DNA of 41,502 nt from Chloroflexota bacterium (GCA_016200825.1 JACQEA010000335.1:1-41502); one strand, 5' to 3'. Shown: positions 17,046 to 27,224, numbered from the stretch's first letter. A program made the numbers and translations. Notes: a model not told the origin generated them from the letters alone.

Positions 17046-18437
17046 ATGATCATGAATTCTTTAGGATCTAAGAAACAGGTCGGGCGCATTCTCTTTATTG
17101 GAGTTTCGTACTATAACAATTGGTACTTGTCGCGTGAACTCAGGAAGCTCGGCTGGAAGGCGGATGTGCTGGCCTACAGCAGTGAAAACAGTGCTCTCTA
17201 TTCACATGGGAGCGATTTCTTCTTGAAGGAGTATACCCAAAACGACCCGCCCAAAAAGTGGTTTGCTCTTCTCCACTCATTCTTCGTCGGCGATTTGGAT
17301 TATCTCGAAAGTCTGTTGAATAAACGGTTGAAACGATTTGCCAGTTCGCTGGGACGGATCTCCTCTTGGTTTGTGCGGCATGCGCCGCGCCCCGTTCTTC
17401 TAAGGTTATTGATGCTTTTTCTCAATTCAATGCGTACGTCACGCCTTGCGGAACTTGAGCCGTTGTACGATGTACTTACCCAGTATGACATTGTGCATTT
17501 TACCGGTGTTCAGAACTTGCGGTACTTTTACTTTTTTTCTGTGCAGCACTTTGGGAGTATGCCGATTGGGTGGGATGTCGAACTTCTCAAACGTCTGGGA
17601 AAAAAGATTGTTTATAGCAATACGGGCTGTCTGGACGGCGTATCCCAAAGTTCTTTTCGCAAATGGGAAGGTCCCGAAGTTGTCTGCGACATCTGCCCAT
17701 GGCGAGATAACCCCGATGTTTGCAGTGACGAACACAACTTGACGTGGGGCAAACTGCGGAATGAGTTGTGCGATTATCAAATCACACTCGGCGGAAACCG
17801 CGGCGATTACAATGACGACCCGCGCGTCCATGAAGTTCCGGAATTCTATTGTTTGGATCCAGAAGTATGGCAACCCGATTTGTCAGTGCCAGCAGAATAC
17901 CGACTAGAGTTTCCTCAGGGAACCGTCAAGATTTTCCATGCGGTCGGTAATTTCAAACTTCGCACCGACGAGAACAATCGAAACTTGAAGAGCACACATA
18001 TTTACCTTCCTCTCATCGAACGGCTCAAACAGGAGGGTTACCCGGTCGAACTGCTCTTTTTCTCCAAGATGCCGAACAAAGAGCTTCGCTTTTATCAGGT
18101 GCAGGCTGATATTTTTGTGGATATGCTCACTGTGGGTTTTTTTGGCGCAACCGCGCGCGAAGGAATGATGCTGGGAAAGCCAGTCATTTGCTATTTACGG
18201 CCGCAATGGCTGGAGCAAATGCGGCGCGAAATCCCGGAATACGTGGACGAATTGCCGATCGTGAGCGCGACACCGCAGACGGTTGAGAAGGTGCTGAAAG
18301 ATCTGATCGAGCAACCGGAAAAACGCGCGGAAATCGGCAAACGAAGCCGCGCGTTTGCGCTCAAATGGCATTCGGCGGAGGCGGGAGCGAAACGGTTGGA
18401 ACAAATCTATTCTAGCTTGCTCAAAAAGCGTTGGTGA
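17046..18437 (+). CDS. Putative divergent GT-B glycosyltransferase with central Cys-rich insert
   Basis: The C-terminal FGATAREGMMLGKPVICY...AFALKWHS resembles the GT1/GT4 E-x7-E region. I cannot assign the N-terminal half. A cluster of 6 Cys is encoded at 17628..17852. Confidence 0.4.
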   Translation: MIMNSLGSKKQVGRILFIGVSYYNNWYLSRELRKLGWKADVLAYSSENSALYSHGSDFFLKEYTQNDPPKKWFALLHSFFVGDLDYLESLLNKRLKRFASSLGRISSWFVRHAPRPVLLRLLMLFLNSMRTSRLAELEPLYDVLTQYDIVHFTGVQNLRYFYFFSVQHFGSMPIGWDVELLKRLGKKIVYSNTGCLDGVSQSSFRKWEGPEVVCDICPWRDNPDVCSDEHNLTWGKLRNELCDYQITLGGNRGDYNDDPRVHEVPEFYCLDPEVWQPDLSVPAEYRLEFPQGTVKIFHAVGNFKLRTDENNRNLKSTHIYLPLIERLKQEGYPVELLFFSKMPNKELRFYQVQADIFVDMLTVGFFGATAREGMMLGKPVICYLRPQWLEQMRREIPEYVDELPIVSATPQTVEKVLKDLIEQPEKRAEIGKRSRAFALKWHSAEAGAKRLEQIYSSLLKKRW

Positions 18438-18441
18438 GAAT

Positions 18442-19902
18442 ATGCCTGAACCGTCCAAAGTATCTATTCAGGAACCTCCTCTGAACGTTCTTGTTTTGTA
18501 CGATCACATATCAACCTATACCACTACCGTCAAGGAATACTTGGAGAGTTTCTTGCTATACTCCAAGCACCGCATCTTTTATGCGGCGGCGACAAGTGGG
18601 AATCATGCGCCACCGACGACGGTGGATTTATCGCTGTTCGATGTGGTGATTATTCACTATTCAGTACGGTTGTGTTATGATTGGCACATCTTGCCTGTCT
18701 ACGCTAAAGCCGTGGCGCGTTTCGATGGGCTGAAAATGTTGTTTATTCAAGACGAGTACGACCACACGGATTTGGCGCGTCAGTGGATGAAGAAACTCGG
18801 GATCAATGTCGTGTTCACTTGTGTGCCGGAACAATTCATCGAGCAGGTGTACCCTTCCGCTTTGCTTCCAAAGGTTGACTTTATTCCGGTTTTGACCGGA
18901 TATGCGCCATTACCCAATGCAAAGTTCTCCTCTCACAAACCTTTTGCCGAACGAAAATATGTGATCGGTTATCGCGGCCGCCGTTTGCCTTTTCATTACG
19001 GGGACTTGGCTAGAGAAAAATCGTTTATTGGACAAGAAATGCGCCGAATCTGTGAAGCGCGTGGCATTTCGGTCAATATCGAATGGGAAGAAATTAAGCG
19101 TATTTATGGTGACAAATGGTACGCGTTCTTGCGCGACTGTCGGGCGACGCTAGGCACCGAAGGCGGATCGAATGTTTTTGATTTTAATGGGACGCTCAAG
19201 TCGGATGTGGATAATGCCTTGAAGAAAAAACCAGACTTGTCCTATGAGGAAATTCATCATCATTTTCTGGCAAAGCATGAAGGCAATGTTCGAATGAATC
19301 AAATCTCGCCTCGTATCTTTGAAGCCATTGCTTTGCGTACGGTACTCGTTCTTTTTGAGGGTGATTACTCGGGCGTCGTCAAACCTAATCTTCACTACAT
19401 TCTGTTGAAAAAAGATTTCAGCAACGTGGACCAGGTTTTAGAGAAACTCCTGGACGACTGTTATCTCGAGGAATTGACCGAGTGCGCCTATAGGGACATT
19501 ATCGAATCTGGGAACTATAGTTATCGCGGTTTTGTGCAAATGGTAGATGCACAAATTGATCGCCGTGTGAAAACTGCAAAGAACTCGGCGATCTTGACCG
19601 GGGTAGTTGCTTTCAGGCGGAATATAGAAGAGACGTGGCAACTTGTTGCGGTGCAACCTGAATCACCAGTCGTGTCTATGTTTACATCCCAACCAATCGG
19701 ACAATCCGAGTCACCGCCGCCGGGGACGGGGCGGTTGGGAGGACTGAGGTACAGGTACCAGATTGTGGTTATGAACTTGTTCAATTATGCTTCCAAACTA
19801 CGCGTTGAGCATCCGCGATTGTATGTGATTGTGCGGGCAATTTACCGCGGGATGCAAACGGTTTGGAAGATAATGAACCGACTCTTGATGAGATCAAAGT
19901 AA
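18442..19902 (+). CDS. CgeB-like / Glyco_trans_1_2-like putative glycosyltransferase, paralog 1
   Basis: The C-terminal ISPRIFEAIALRTVLVLFEGDYSGVVKPNLHYILLKKDFSNVD...AYRDIIESGNYSYRGF is collinear with paralogs 2 and 3. The ORF-track start 18355 was trimmed to ATG 18442, 4 nt after the upstream stop. Confidence 0.6.
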   Translation: MPEPSKVSIQEPPLNVLVLYDHISTYTTTVKEYLESFLLYSKHRIFYAAATSGNHAPPTTVDLSLFDVVIIHYSVRLCYDWHILPVYAKAVARFDGLKMLFIQDEYDHTDLARQWMKKLGINVVFTCVPEQFIEQVYPSALLPKVDFIPVLTGYAPLPNAKFSSHKPFAERKYVIGYRGRRLPFHYGDLAREKSFIGQEMRRICEARGISVNIEWEEIKRIYGDKWYAFLRDCRATLGTEGGSNVFDFNGTLKSDVDNALKKKPDLSYEEIHHHFLAKHEGNVRMNQISPRIFEAIALRTVLVLFEGDYSGVVKPNLHYILLKKDFSNVDQVLEKLLDDCYLEELTECAYRDIIESGNYSYRGFVQMVDAQIDRRVKTAKNSAILTGVVAFRRNIEETWQLVAVQPESPVVSMFTSQPIGQSESPPPGTGRLGGLRYRYQIVVMNLFNYASKLRVEHPRLYVIVRAIYRGMQTVWKIMNRLLMRSK

Positions 19903-19906
19903 ACGT

Positions 19907-20725
19907 ATGGATCAAGATAGGATTGATGTCAAGAATATCGAGTTCTGGAACGAATTGTGCGGTTCCGGCTTGACGCGCTCTCTGGGAATTACGGAAGCAT
20001 CCCCAGAGAATCTCCGTCGCTTTGACGATGCCTATTTCGCATTTTATCCTTATTTGACAGACTATGTTCTGCGATACAACCTTTCTGGTAAGAAGGTATT
20101 GGAGATTGGTTTGGGTTATGGCACGCTCGGGCAATTGATCGCTTCGCGCGGCGCTGATTATTACGGGCTTGACATTGCAGAGGGTCCAGTGAACATGATG
20201 CGTTATCGTCTGGAGCAGTTGGGGCGAAGTATCGAGGACAAGATGCGCGTGGGCTCGGCGCTGGACATTCCCCATGCAGACGCAAGTTTTGACTACGTAT
20301 ACACAATTGGTTGTTTACATCATACTGGCGATCTGCCAAAAGCCGTCTCCGAAGTTTACCGCGTGTTGGTGCCGGGTGGCAAAGCCATCGTCATGCTGTA
20401 CAATCGCAATTCATTTCGTCGCTTGATCCAAGCACCACTATTGCGGTTATTTTTTTGGGCAACACAACGCAAGACAAATTTCGATAAGTATGTCCGTTCA
20501 CTCTATGATTCCAATGCGGCTGGCGAAGCCGCGCCGCATACCGATTATGTATCGCGAAATCAGGTGAAAAGACTGTTTCAAGCATTTTCTCAAGTGAAGA
20601 TTGATGTCCAGAACTTTGACAATTATAGTCTCTTTCGAGGTCACATTTTCCTTTTGCGTCAGAAGTTTCTCAACAATGTGGCGCGGGTAATCGGACTGGA
20701 TCTGTACATTACAGCGGAAAAATAA
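19907..20725 (+). CDS. Class I SAM-dependent methyltransferase
   Basis: Motif I is KVLEIGLGYGTLG. The post-I region reads YGLDI and a later segment reads LHHTGDL...RVLVPGGKAIV. Confidence 0.75.
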   Translation: MDQDRIDVKNIEFWNELCGSGLTRSLGITEASPENLRRFDDAYFAFYPYLTDYVLRYNLSGKKVLEIGLGYGTLGQLIASRGADYYGLDIAEGPVNMMRYRLEQLGRSIEDKMRVGSALDIPHADASFDYVYTIGCLHHTGDLPKAVSEVYRVLVPGGKAIVMLYNRNSFRRLIQAPLLRLFFWATQRKTNFDKYVRSLYDSNAAGEAAPHTDYVSRNQVKRLFQAFSQVKIDVQNFDNYSLFRGHIFLLRQKFLNNVARVIGLDLYITAEK

Positions 20726-20743
20726 TCTCTCAGGTGTAATCCA

Positions 20744-22069
20744 GTGAAAGTTAACGGCATTCTTCTATTATATCATCACCCGTTGGGCCATAATGCACCA
20801 ACGATCATGGAGCACGTGAATGCATTCGAGCGTCATTCCCGGTTTCAGATATGGAATGTCAATACTGAATTAGGATTTCCGAAAGAATTAAAGCAACTTG
20901 AATTCGAGGGGGTCGTCCTGCATTACTCGCTGTTCGGCACCGCGAACTACATGCTGAACGCCGAGTTTCTGGATTACCTTTCGTGTTTGCGCGCGTACAA
21001 AGTTGCCTTTTTTCAGGACGAATATCATCATTGTCGGCAGCGCTTTGATTTTCTAAATCGCTACCAGATTGATTGCGTTTTTACGCTCGTCGAATCGGTC
21101 TATTGGAAGGATGTGTATCAAAAATACACCCGCGTGCCCAATTTAGTTTATCAACTCACTGGGTATGTCAGTAACGCCTTAGTCGAACATGCCGCGCGAT
21201 TGACGATGCCGGACGCGCAGAGAAAAATCGACATTGGCTATCGCGGCAGGAATTTATTGGGCTATTATTATATGGGCAAGGGAGTCCGTGAGAAGGTAGA
21301 GATTGCCGCTGTGTTTCGCGAACGCGCGCAAGAGCTTGGCTTGAAATTGGATATTGAGCATGAGGAACGCAAACGAATTTATGGATGGCGATGGTACCAG
21401 TTTTTGGCAAACTGCCGCGCCGTACTGGGTGTTGAAGCCGGCGTATCAATCTTTGATGTGCAAGATGTAGTCCAGACGGAATGCACTCGCTTGCTTGCGG
21501 AGAATCCGTCGCTCAATTTCGAGGAAATCTCGCAGAAATTTTTGTACCAGTGGGAAGGCAATATTCCGCATCGAGTTATCAGCCCGCGGCATTTTGAGGC
21601 GGCGGCGTTGCGCGTATGCCAGATTCTATTCGAAGGCAATTACTCCGGCATCCTCAAGCCGATGGTGCATTACATTCCTCTGAAAAAGGATTGGTCGAAC
21701 TTTGATGAGGTGATCCGGATGTTCAGGGATACCGCGCTCCGGCAGGAATTGACGGAGAACGCGTATCGTGATTTGATCGCGTCAGGTCAATATAGTTATC
21801 AGAAATTTATCGCGGGATTTGATCAAGTATTGCTCGATGCGGGTTTACAACTGGGTGTTCCCGAAGCAAATGCCCTACGCGTTACCGCGCGCTTGAGTCA
21901 AGGACAGACCCGCCGCCAAGCCTTTGCGCTGGTGCGCGGCGTGCCCCATTACCCGTTTCCGGGACGCCGGTTCGTCACTCCTACGATTAAACGCGTGCAG
22001 AGTTTGTATCGCCGATGGAAACAACTCGCGGCGACCAACCAAGTGTCTCAAGGGGAAAAAATCAGCTAA
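20744..22069 (+). CDS. CgeB-like / Glyco_trans_1_2-like putative glycosyltransferase, paralog 2
   Basis: ISPRHFEAAALRVCQILFEGNYSGILKPMVHYIPLKKDWSNFD...AYRDLIASGQYSYQKF is present, along with the shared FFQDEYHH motif. The start is GTG 20744. Confidence 0.6.
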   Translation: MKVNGILLLYHHPLGHNAPTIMEHVNAFERHSRFQIWNVNTELGFPKELKQLEFEGVVLHYSLFGTANYMLNAEFLDYLSCLRAYKVAFFQDEYHHCRQRFDFLNRYQIDCVFTLVESVYWKDVYQKYTRVPNLVYQLTGYVSNALVEHAARLTMPDAQRKIDIGYRGRNLLGYYYMGKGVREKVEIAAVFRERAQELGLKLDIEHEERKRIYGWRWYQFLANCRAVLGVEAGVSIFDVQDVVQTECTRLLAENPSLNFEEISQKFLYQWEGNIPHRVISPRHFEAAALRVCQILFEGNYSGILKPMVHYIPLKKDWSNFDEVIRMFRDTALRQELTENAYRDLIASGQYSYQKFIAGFDQVLLDAGLQLGVPEANALRVTARLSQGQTRRQAFALVRGVPHYPFPGRRFVTPTIKRVQSLYRRWKQLAATNQVSQGEKIS

Positions 22070-22070
22070 T

Positions 22071-23978
22071 ATGTGCGGAATCGCCGGCGCGCTTGATTTA
22101 AAATTACAACCCATTGCCAATCTGTCCCTTCGCCTCGACGCGATGAATTCGTTACAAGCGCATCGCGGTCCCGATGGCGAAGGGACGTGGCAGCATCCGC
22201 GCGGCCATCTCGGATTCGCGCATCGCCGGCTGAGCACTATCGATCTCGCTACCGGCGATCAGCCTATGACGGATCGCGCCGGCAATTGGGTGATCTTGAA
22301 CGGCGAAATTTATAATTACCTTGAATTGCGCCAAGAATTGGGACTCGAAAATTTTGTCACCACTTCGGATACGGAAGCAATCTTATTCGCCTATCGCAAA
22401 TGGGGCGGCGAGTGTGTCAATCATTTGCGCGGGATGTTCGCGTTTGTGTTGTGGGACGAAGCGAATCAAACCTTGTTTTGCGCGCGCGATCGCTTTGGCA
22501 TCAAGCCCTTGTATTACGCCGTTGTCAATAACCAATTTTATTTTGCGTCGGAAGCGAAATCCCTCTTGCCATTTGTGGAACACATCGAGACTGACCTGAA
22601 CGGATTCAAAGACTATTTGGCGTTTCAATTTCCGCTTGGAGGCAAGACGCTCTTCAAAGGCATTTCCGAATTATTGCCGGCGCACTATATGCGCGTGCGC
22701 AACGGCGTCGTCGAGATCAAGCGGTATTGGGAAGTTTATTATCATCTCGATTTCGATCATCCCCCCGAATATTTTGAAGAGCGTCTGCGCGCGCTCTTAG
22801 CCGATTCGGTGACGTTTCATCTGCGCGCGGATGTGCCGGTGGGCGCATACATTAGCGGCGGATTAGATTCGAGCATCGTCGCCGCGTTGGCGCGAAAAGA
22901 AAATCGCGGCGAGTTTATCGGATTTACCGGCAAATTTTCAGCTAGCTCGGATTACGATGAAAGTCCGTACGCGCGCGCGGTTGCCGACGCGTACGATTTC
23001 CGACTTGAAGAAATTGATATTCAGCCGCAAGATTTCATCGCGCATATTCGGCAAGTTATTTATCATCTCGATTACCCGGTCGCGGGTCCCGGTTCTTTTC
23101 CACAATACATGGTTTCACGGCTCGCCGCAAAATCGCGCAAGGTGGTGTTGGGTGGACAAGGCGGCGACGAGATTTTTGGCGGGTATACGCGTTACCTGAT
23201 CGCGTACTTTGAGCAATGCATCAAAGCCGCGATTGATGGGACGATGGAGAACGGCAATTTTGTTGTCACGTACGAATCGATCATTCCCAACTTGACCGCG
23301 TTGCAAAATTACAAACCCCTGCTCCAAGAATTTTGGCGCGAGGGATTATTCGAGCCGATGGACGCGCGCTATTTTCGCTTGATCAATCGCGCCCCAAGTC
23401 TGAATGACGAGATTCGTTGGGACTTGCTAAATAAATATTCCCCGTTTGAAACGTTCAAAGAAATTTTCAACGGGCAGAATGTGCGCAAAGAATCCTATTT
23501 TGATTTGATGACGCACTTTGATTTCAAAACGCTTTTGCCGGCGTTGTTGCAAGTAGAAGATCGCGTCAGCATGGCGCACGGGTTGGAATCGCGCGTGCCT
23601 TTTCTCGATCATCCTTTAGTTGAATTTGCCGCGACGATTCCATCGAACATCAAATTCAAAGACGGTACGATGAAGCAGGTTTTGAAAAATGCAATGCATT
23701 CTCTTTTGCCTCCCGCGATCGCGGAACGCAAAGATAAAATGGGCTTTCCGACTCCATTGACGGAATGGATTCAAGGACCCGCGAAAGATTTTGTGCATGA
23801 AATTTTTTCCGCGGCGTGCGCCCAAGACCGCGCGTTGATTGACAATCGCCGCGTGCTCGACACGCTGGGCAAAGAAAAAAAGTTTGGGCGAAATGTGTGG
23901 GGACTGTTATCGTTAGAATTGTGGCAACAAGAATTTCACGATCAAGAATCCAAATTCAAACGCATGCTTAAAGCCTAA
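22071..23978 (+). CDS. asnB: Asparagine synthase family glutamine amidotransferase, copy 2
   Basis: MCGIAGAL begins at ATG 22071, 1 nt after the upstream stop. The ORF-track start 21924 would bury the essential N-terminal Cys. The PP-loop reads YISGGLDSSI. Confidence 0.85.
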   Translation: MCGIAGALDLKLQPIANLSLRLDAMNSLQAHRGPDGEGTWQHPRGHLGFAHRRLSTIDLATGDQPMTDRAGNWVILNGEIYNYLELRQELGLENFVTTSDTEAILFAYRKWGGECVNHLRGMFAFVLWDEANQTLFCARDRFGIKPLYYAVVNNQFYFASEAKSLLPFVEHIETDLNGFKDYLAFQFPLGGKTLFKGISELLPAHYMRVRNGVVEIKRYWEVYYHLDFDHPPEYFEERLRALLADSVTFHLRADVPVGAYISGGLDSSIVAALARKENRGEFIGFTGKFSASSDYDESPYARAVADAYDFRLEEIDIQPQDFIAHIRQVIYHLDYPVAGPGSFPQYMVSRLAAKSRKVVLGGQGGDEIFGGYTRYLIAYFEQCIKAAIDGTMENGNFVVTYESIIPNLTALQNYKPLLQEFWREGLFEPMDARYFRLINRAPSLNDEIRWDLLNKYSPFETFKEIFNGQNVRKESYFDLMTHFDFKTLLPALLQVEDRVSMAHGLESRVPFLDHPLVEFAATIPSNIKFKDGTMKQVLKNAMHSLLPPAIAERKDKMGFPTPLTEWIQGPAKDFVHEIFSAACAQDRALIDNRRVLDTLGKEKKFGRNVWGLLSLELWQQEFHDQESKFKRMLKA

Positions 23979-23991
23979 CGAGGTGTTGTAA

Positions 23992-24933
23992 ATGCAGATA
24001 TTGATCACCGGCGGAAGTGGTTTCATTGGCTCGCATCTGGCAGACTATTTGGTCGCGCGCGGCGACCATGTGTTGGTGATTGACAATTACGCGACCGGAC
24101 GGCGCGATAATCTTTCGACCCAATCCAATCTCAAAATGGTTGAAGGTTCGATTGCAGACCCCGAACTTGTCCAACGCGTTTTTTCCGAATTCAAACCGGA
24201 GATTGTCGTTCATGCCGCGGCGTCGTACAAAGACCCCAGCAATTGGAGCGAAGACGCGCGCACGAATGTTTTGGGAACCGCGAATATCGTTCAAGCGTCC
24301 GAGCAAGTTGGCGTCCGGCGGTTGATTTATTTTCAAACCGCGTTGTGCTATGGACTCGTCCCGCTCGAACAACCGATTACCCTCATTCATCCGCTTCGAC
24401 CCGAAGGTAGTAGTTACGCGATTAGCAAAACCGCCGGCGAGCATTATATCGCGCTCGGCAAATTGGATTTTATTTCCTTCCGTCTCGCAAACGCTTACGG
24501 ACCGCGCAATTTGAGCGGACCCTTGCCTACATTTTATTCGCGCTTGACCACCGGCAAGAAATGTTTTGTGATGAACACGCGGCGCGATTTTATTTTTGTA
24601 GACGATTTGATTCAAGTGGTGATAAAAGCAATCGCGGGCAAGGGTACGCGCGGCTATTACCACATTTCTTCCGGCGGCGACTATTCGATCAAAGAACTTT
24701 TCGACGCGACCGTCAAGGCGCTGGGAATTAAATTGGAAAGCGAAGTAGAAGTGCGCGAACGCAATCCAGACGACGCATTCACAATTCTATTGGACCCCTC
24801 CAAAACAAATCATGACTTTGGTTGGGAAGCAAACACGCACCTCAGCGAAGGCGTGGCGCGCGCGATTGATTACTATCGCCAGTTCGGAATTCAAGAAACC
24901 TTCACCCACCTGCGCACGCCGTTGGATAAATAA
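23992..24933 (+). CDS. NAD-dependent epimerase/dehydratase (SDR)
   Basis: MQILITGGSGFIGSHLADYL is the Rossmann motif and YAISK is the YxxxK motif. ATG 23992 is preceded by GAGGTG. Confidence 0.85.
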   Translation: MQILITGGSGFIGSHLADYLVARGDHVLVIDNYATGRRDNLSTQSNLKMVEGSIADPELVQRVFSEFKPEIVVHAAASYKDPSNWSEDARTNVLGTANIVQASEQVGVRRLIYFQTALCYGLVPLEQPITLIHPLRPEGSSYAISKTAGEHYIALGKLDFISFRLANAYGPRNLSGPLPTFYSRLTTGKKCFVMNTRRDFIFVDDLIQVVIKAIAGKGTRGYYHISSGGDYSIKELFDATVKALGIKLESEVEVRERNPDDAFTILLDPSKTNHDFGWEANTHLSEGVARAIDYYRQFGIQETFTHLRTPLDK

Positions 24934-26006
24934 TGCAGGAATTTGCAAATACAAACGTGCTCGTTACTGGCGGCGCGGGCTTTGTCGGCAGTAATCTAGT
25001 CCACCGATTGCTAACCGCAAATACGCACACCATTCATATCGTTGACAATTTGCTTTCAGCCGAACGCGTCAACATTCCGTCCGATCCGCGCATCCGTTTC
25101 ACAGAGGGCTCCATTGCCGATGATCGCGTCCTGGAAAAACTTTACGACGAGTACGATTTTATTTTTCACCTTAGCACCTATCATGGCAATCAAAGTTCGA
25201 TTCATAACCCGCTCGCGGATCACGATAACAATTTGCTGACCACGCTCAAACTGCTTGAACGCGTCAAACATTTCCAGCGTTTGAAAAAATGGGTTTATGC
25301 CGGCGCCGGATGCGCGGTGGCGGAAAAAACTTTTGATCAAGCGTATGCCACCTCCGAAGACGCGCCTGTATCGTTGCACATGGACAGCCCCTACTCGATC
25401 TCAAAAATCGTCGGCGAATATTACGCGGTCTATTATCACGCGCGCTACAATGTGCCAACCGTGCGCGCGCGTTTTCAAAACGTCTATGGTCCCGGCGAGA
25501 TTTTGGGCGCGGGGCAATGGCGCGGCACACCCGCCACAGTTTGGCGGAATGTTATTCCAACGTTCATCTACAAATCCCTAAGGCGTGCAGCGTTGCCGGT
25601 TGAAGGCGGAGGCGAGGCAACTCGCGATTTTATTTTCGTTCAAGATATTGTCTCGGGCTTGATCTTGTGCGCGCTCCAAGGCACCGCAGGGGATGTTTAT
25701 AATCTGGCGAGTGGTGTGGAAACGAGCATCCTGAATTTAGCGCAGTTGATCAACGAAATGACCGGCAATTCAACGCCATTGAAAATTTTACCGGCGCGCG
25801 GGTGGGATCATTCCGGCAAGCGCTATGGTAGTCCGGTGAAATCCAAACGTGAGATTGGCTTTGAAGCAAAAACAAATTTGCGCGCAGGATTGCTGAAGAC
25901 GATCGAATGGACGCGTGAGCATATGGAGATGATCGAAACCTGCATTCAAAGGCACTCGCTGCTGATGAGAGAAAATGAAAGAGCGCATCAAAACACTTTT
26001 GCTTGA
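24933..26006 (+). CDS. NAD-dependent epimerase/dehydratase (SDR; 4,6-dehydratase/decarboxylase-like)
   Basis: VLVTGGAGFVGSNLVHRLL is the Rossmann motif and YSISK is the YxxxK motif. Its start forms a TAATG 1-nt overlap with the previous gene. Confidence 0.85.
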   Translation: MQEFANTNVLVTGGAGFVGSNLVHRLLTANTHTIHIVDNLLSAERVNIPSDPRIRFTEGSIADDRVLEKLYDEYDFIFHLSTYHGNQSSIHNPLADHDNNLLTTLKLLERVKHFQRLKKWVYAGAGCAVAEKTFDQAYATSEDAPVSLHMDSPYSISKIVGEYYAVYYHARYNVPTVRARFQNVYGPGEILGAGQWRGTPATVWRNVIPTFIYKSLRRAALPVEGGGEATRDFIFVQDIVSGLILCALQGTAGDVYNLASGVETSILNLAQLINEMTGNSTPLKILPARGWDHSGKRYGSPVKSKREIGFEAKTNLRAGLLKTIEWTREHMEMIETCIQRHSLLMRENERAHQNTFA

Positions 26007-27153
26007 TGCGAATGGCGCCAAACCGCACGCTATTTTTGTCAATACAGTTTTACGCGGTGTGCTCGGAGTTCGAAATTATCTTGACGCATCTTCGCCCTTG
26101 AATCGATTACCATTCGCGGGGCGAGTATTGGGAAAATGGTATGACAGCGCTTCATATATGCTTGATTGGCGCGAGGCGTTTGATCAATCTCCCGCGCTCG
26201 AGGTTGAAAACTGCAACATTAGCAATTTGTTTGAATATGCACGATTCCGCCGCGCTGTCGCTGAATATCCCCTGATTATTATTTTACACTCGGCGGCGGG
26301 TGACGATCTTTCGCTATTGCTTAGAACCGTCAAGTGGTTTCAGCGCCGACGCGGAAAACTAGTTGTCTTTTTGGGCAACGAGTATGATCTGATGTCGGAG
26401 AAAAGCGCCTTCTTGAAAGCCGTGAGTGCCGACTTTGTTTGCACTCAACTGCCAATCGAATCGGCCCGCTGGTTATATGGTGAACTGACCGATACGCGTA
26501 TTCTAGAAATGCCGCATGCGCTCAATCCACGCGTGTATTTTCCTACTTCTTCGAGAACCCGTTCGATTGATATCGGCTTTGTTGGCGACCTTTATCCTCA
26601 CTTTATCGGAGACGTTGAACGTACTAACTTGATTTATTATTTTCAAACTCACGCACCCAATTGGAATTTGTCTATAGACATTCGCTTTCAACGGATGTCG
26701 CGTTTAAAGTGGGCTGAATTTCTAAGACACTCCGCCGGAACAATTGGAGGAGAGTCCGGCACCTATTATTTGGATCGGCGCGGGGAGATTGTTAATCGAG
26801 CCAAAGCATTCACAAAAAAAAATCCGCACGCAACATTTGAACAACTCTGGGCGAATTGTTTTCACGATTTGCCTCCGTTCGTTTCCGGTCGCGCTGTTTC
26901 GTCTCGCCACTTTGAGCCGATTGGAACTAAAACTTGCCAGATTCTGCTCGAAGGGAATTACAACCATATCCTTCAACCCGAAGAGCATTATATCGCGGTA
27001 AAAAAAGATCTCTCCAATATTGACGAAGCCGTGCGCCGGTTCAAAGACAAAACTTATCGCGATGCGATTGTGGAGCGGACCTATGAATATGCAATGGATC
27101 AACATACATATGCGCATCGCGTCAATGCGCTAATCAACGCGGTGGTGGGTTAA
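25975..27153 (+). CDS. CgeB-like / Glyco_trans_1_2-like putative glycosyltransferase, paralog 3
   Basis: VSSRHFEPIGTKTCQILLEGNYNHILQPEEHYIAVKKDLSNID...TYEYAMDQHTYAHR is present. It is collinear with paralogs 1 and 2 (FLGNEYDL in place of FxQDEY). It overlaps the upstream SDR gene by 32 nt. Confidence 0.55.
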   Translation: MKERIKTLLLDANGAKPHAIFVNTVLRGVLGVRNYLDASSPLNRLPFAGRVLGKWYDSASYMLDWREAFDQSPALEVENCNISNLFEYARFRRAVAEYPLIIILHSAAGDDLSLLLRTVKWFQRRRGKLVVFLGNEYDLMSEKSAFLKAVSADFVCTQLPIESARWLYGELTDTRILEMPHALNPRVYFPTSSRTRSIDIGFVGDLYPHFIGDVERTNLIYYFQTHAPNWNLSIDIRFQRMSRLKWAEFLRHSAGTIGGESGTYYLDRRGEIVNRAKAFTKKNPHATFEQLWANCFHDLPPFVSGRAVSSRHFEPIGTKTCQILLEGNYNHILQPEEHYIAVKKDLSNIDEAVRRFKDKTYRDAIVERTYEYAMDQHTYAHRVNALINAVVG

Positions 27154-27224
27154 TCCCCCGGCTCTCTCATGCTAAACAAAGATAAATTTTGAGCAATTTT
27201 ATTCTGCATTGATTGGAAATTGAG

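Noticed and set aside
23968-24663. 231-aa minus-strand ORF antisense to the SDR gene at 23992..24933
   Set aside because: It is antisense to a gene with clear GxxGxxG and YxxxK motifs. Its composition is Arg/Gly/Asn-rich and low in complexity. Long antisense ORFs are expected by chance in this GC-skewed codon usage.
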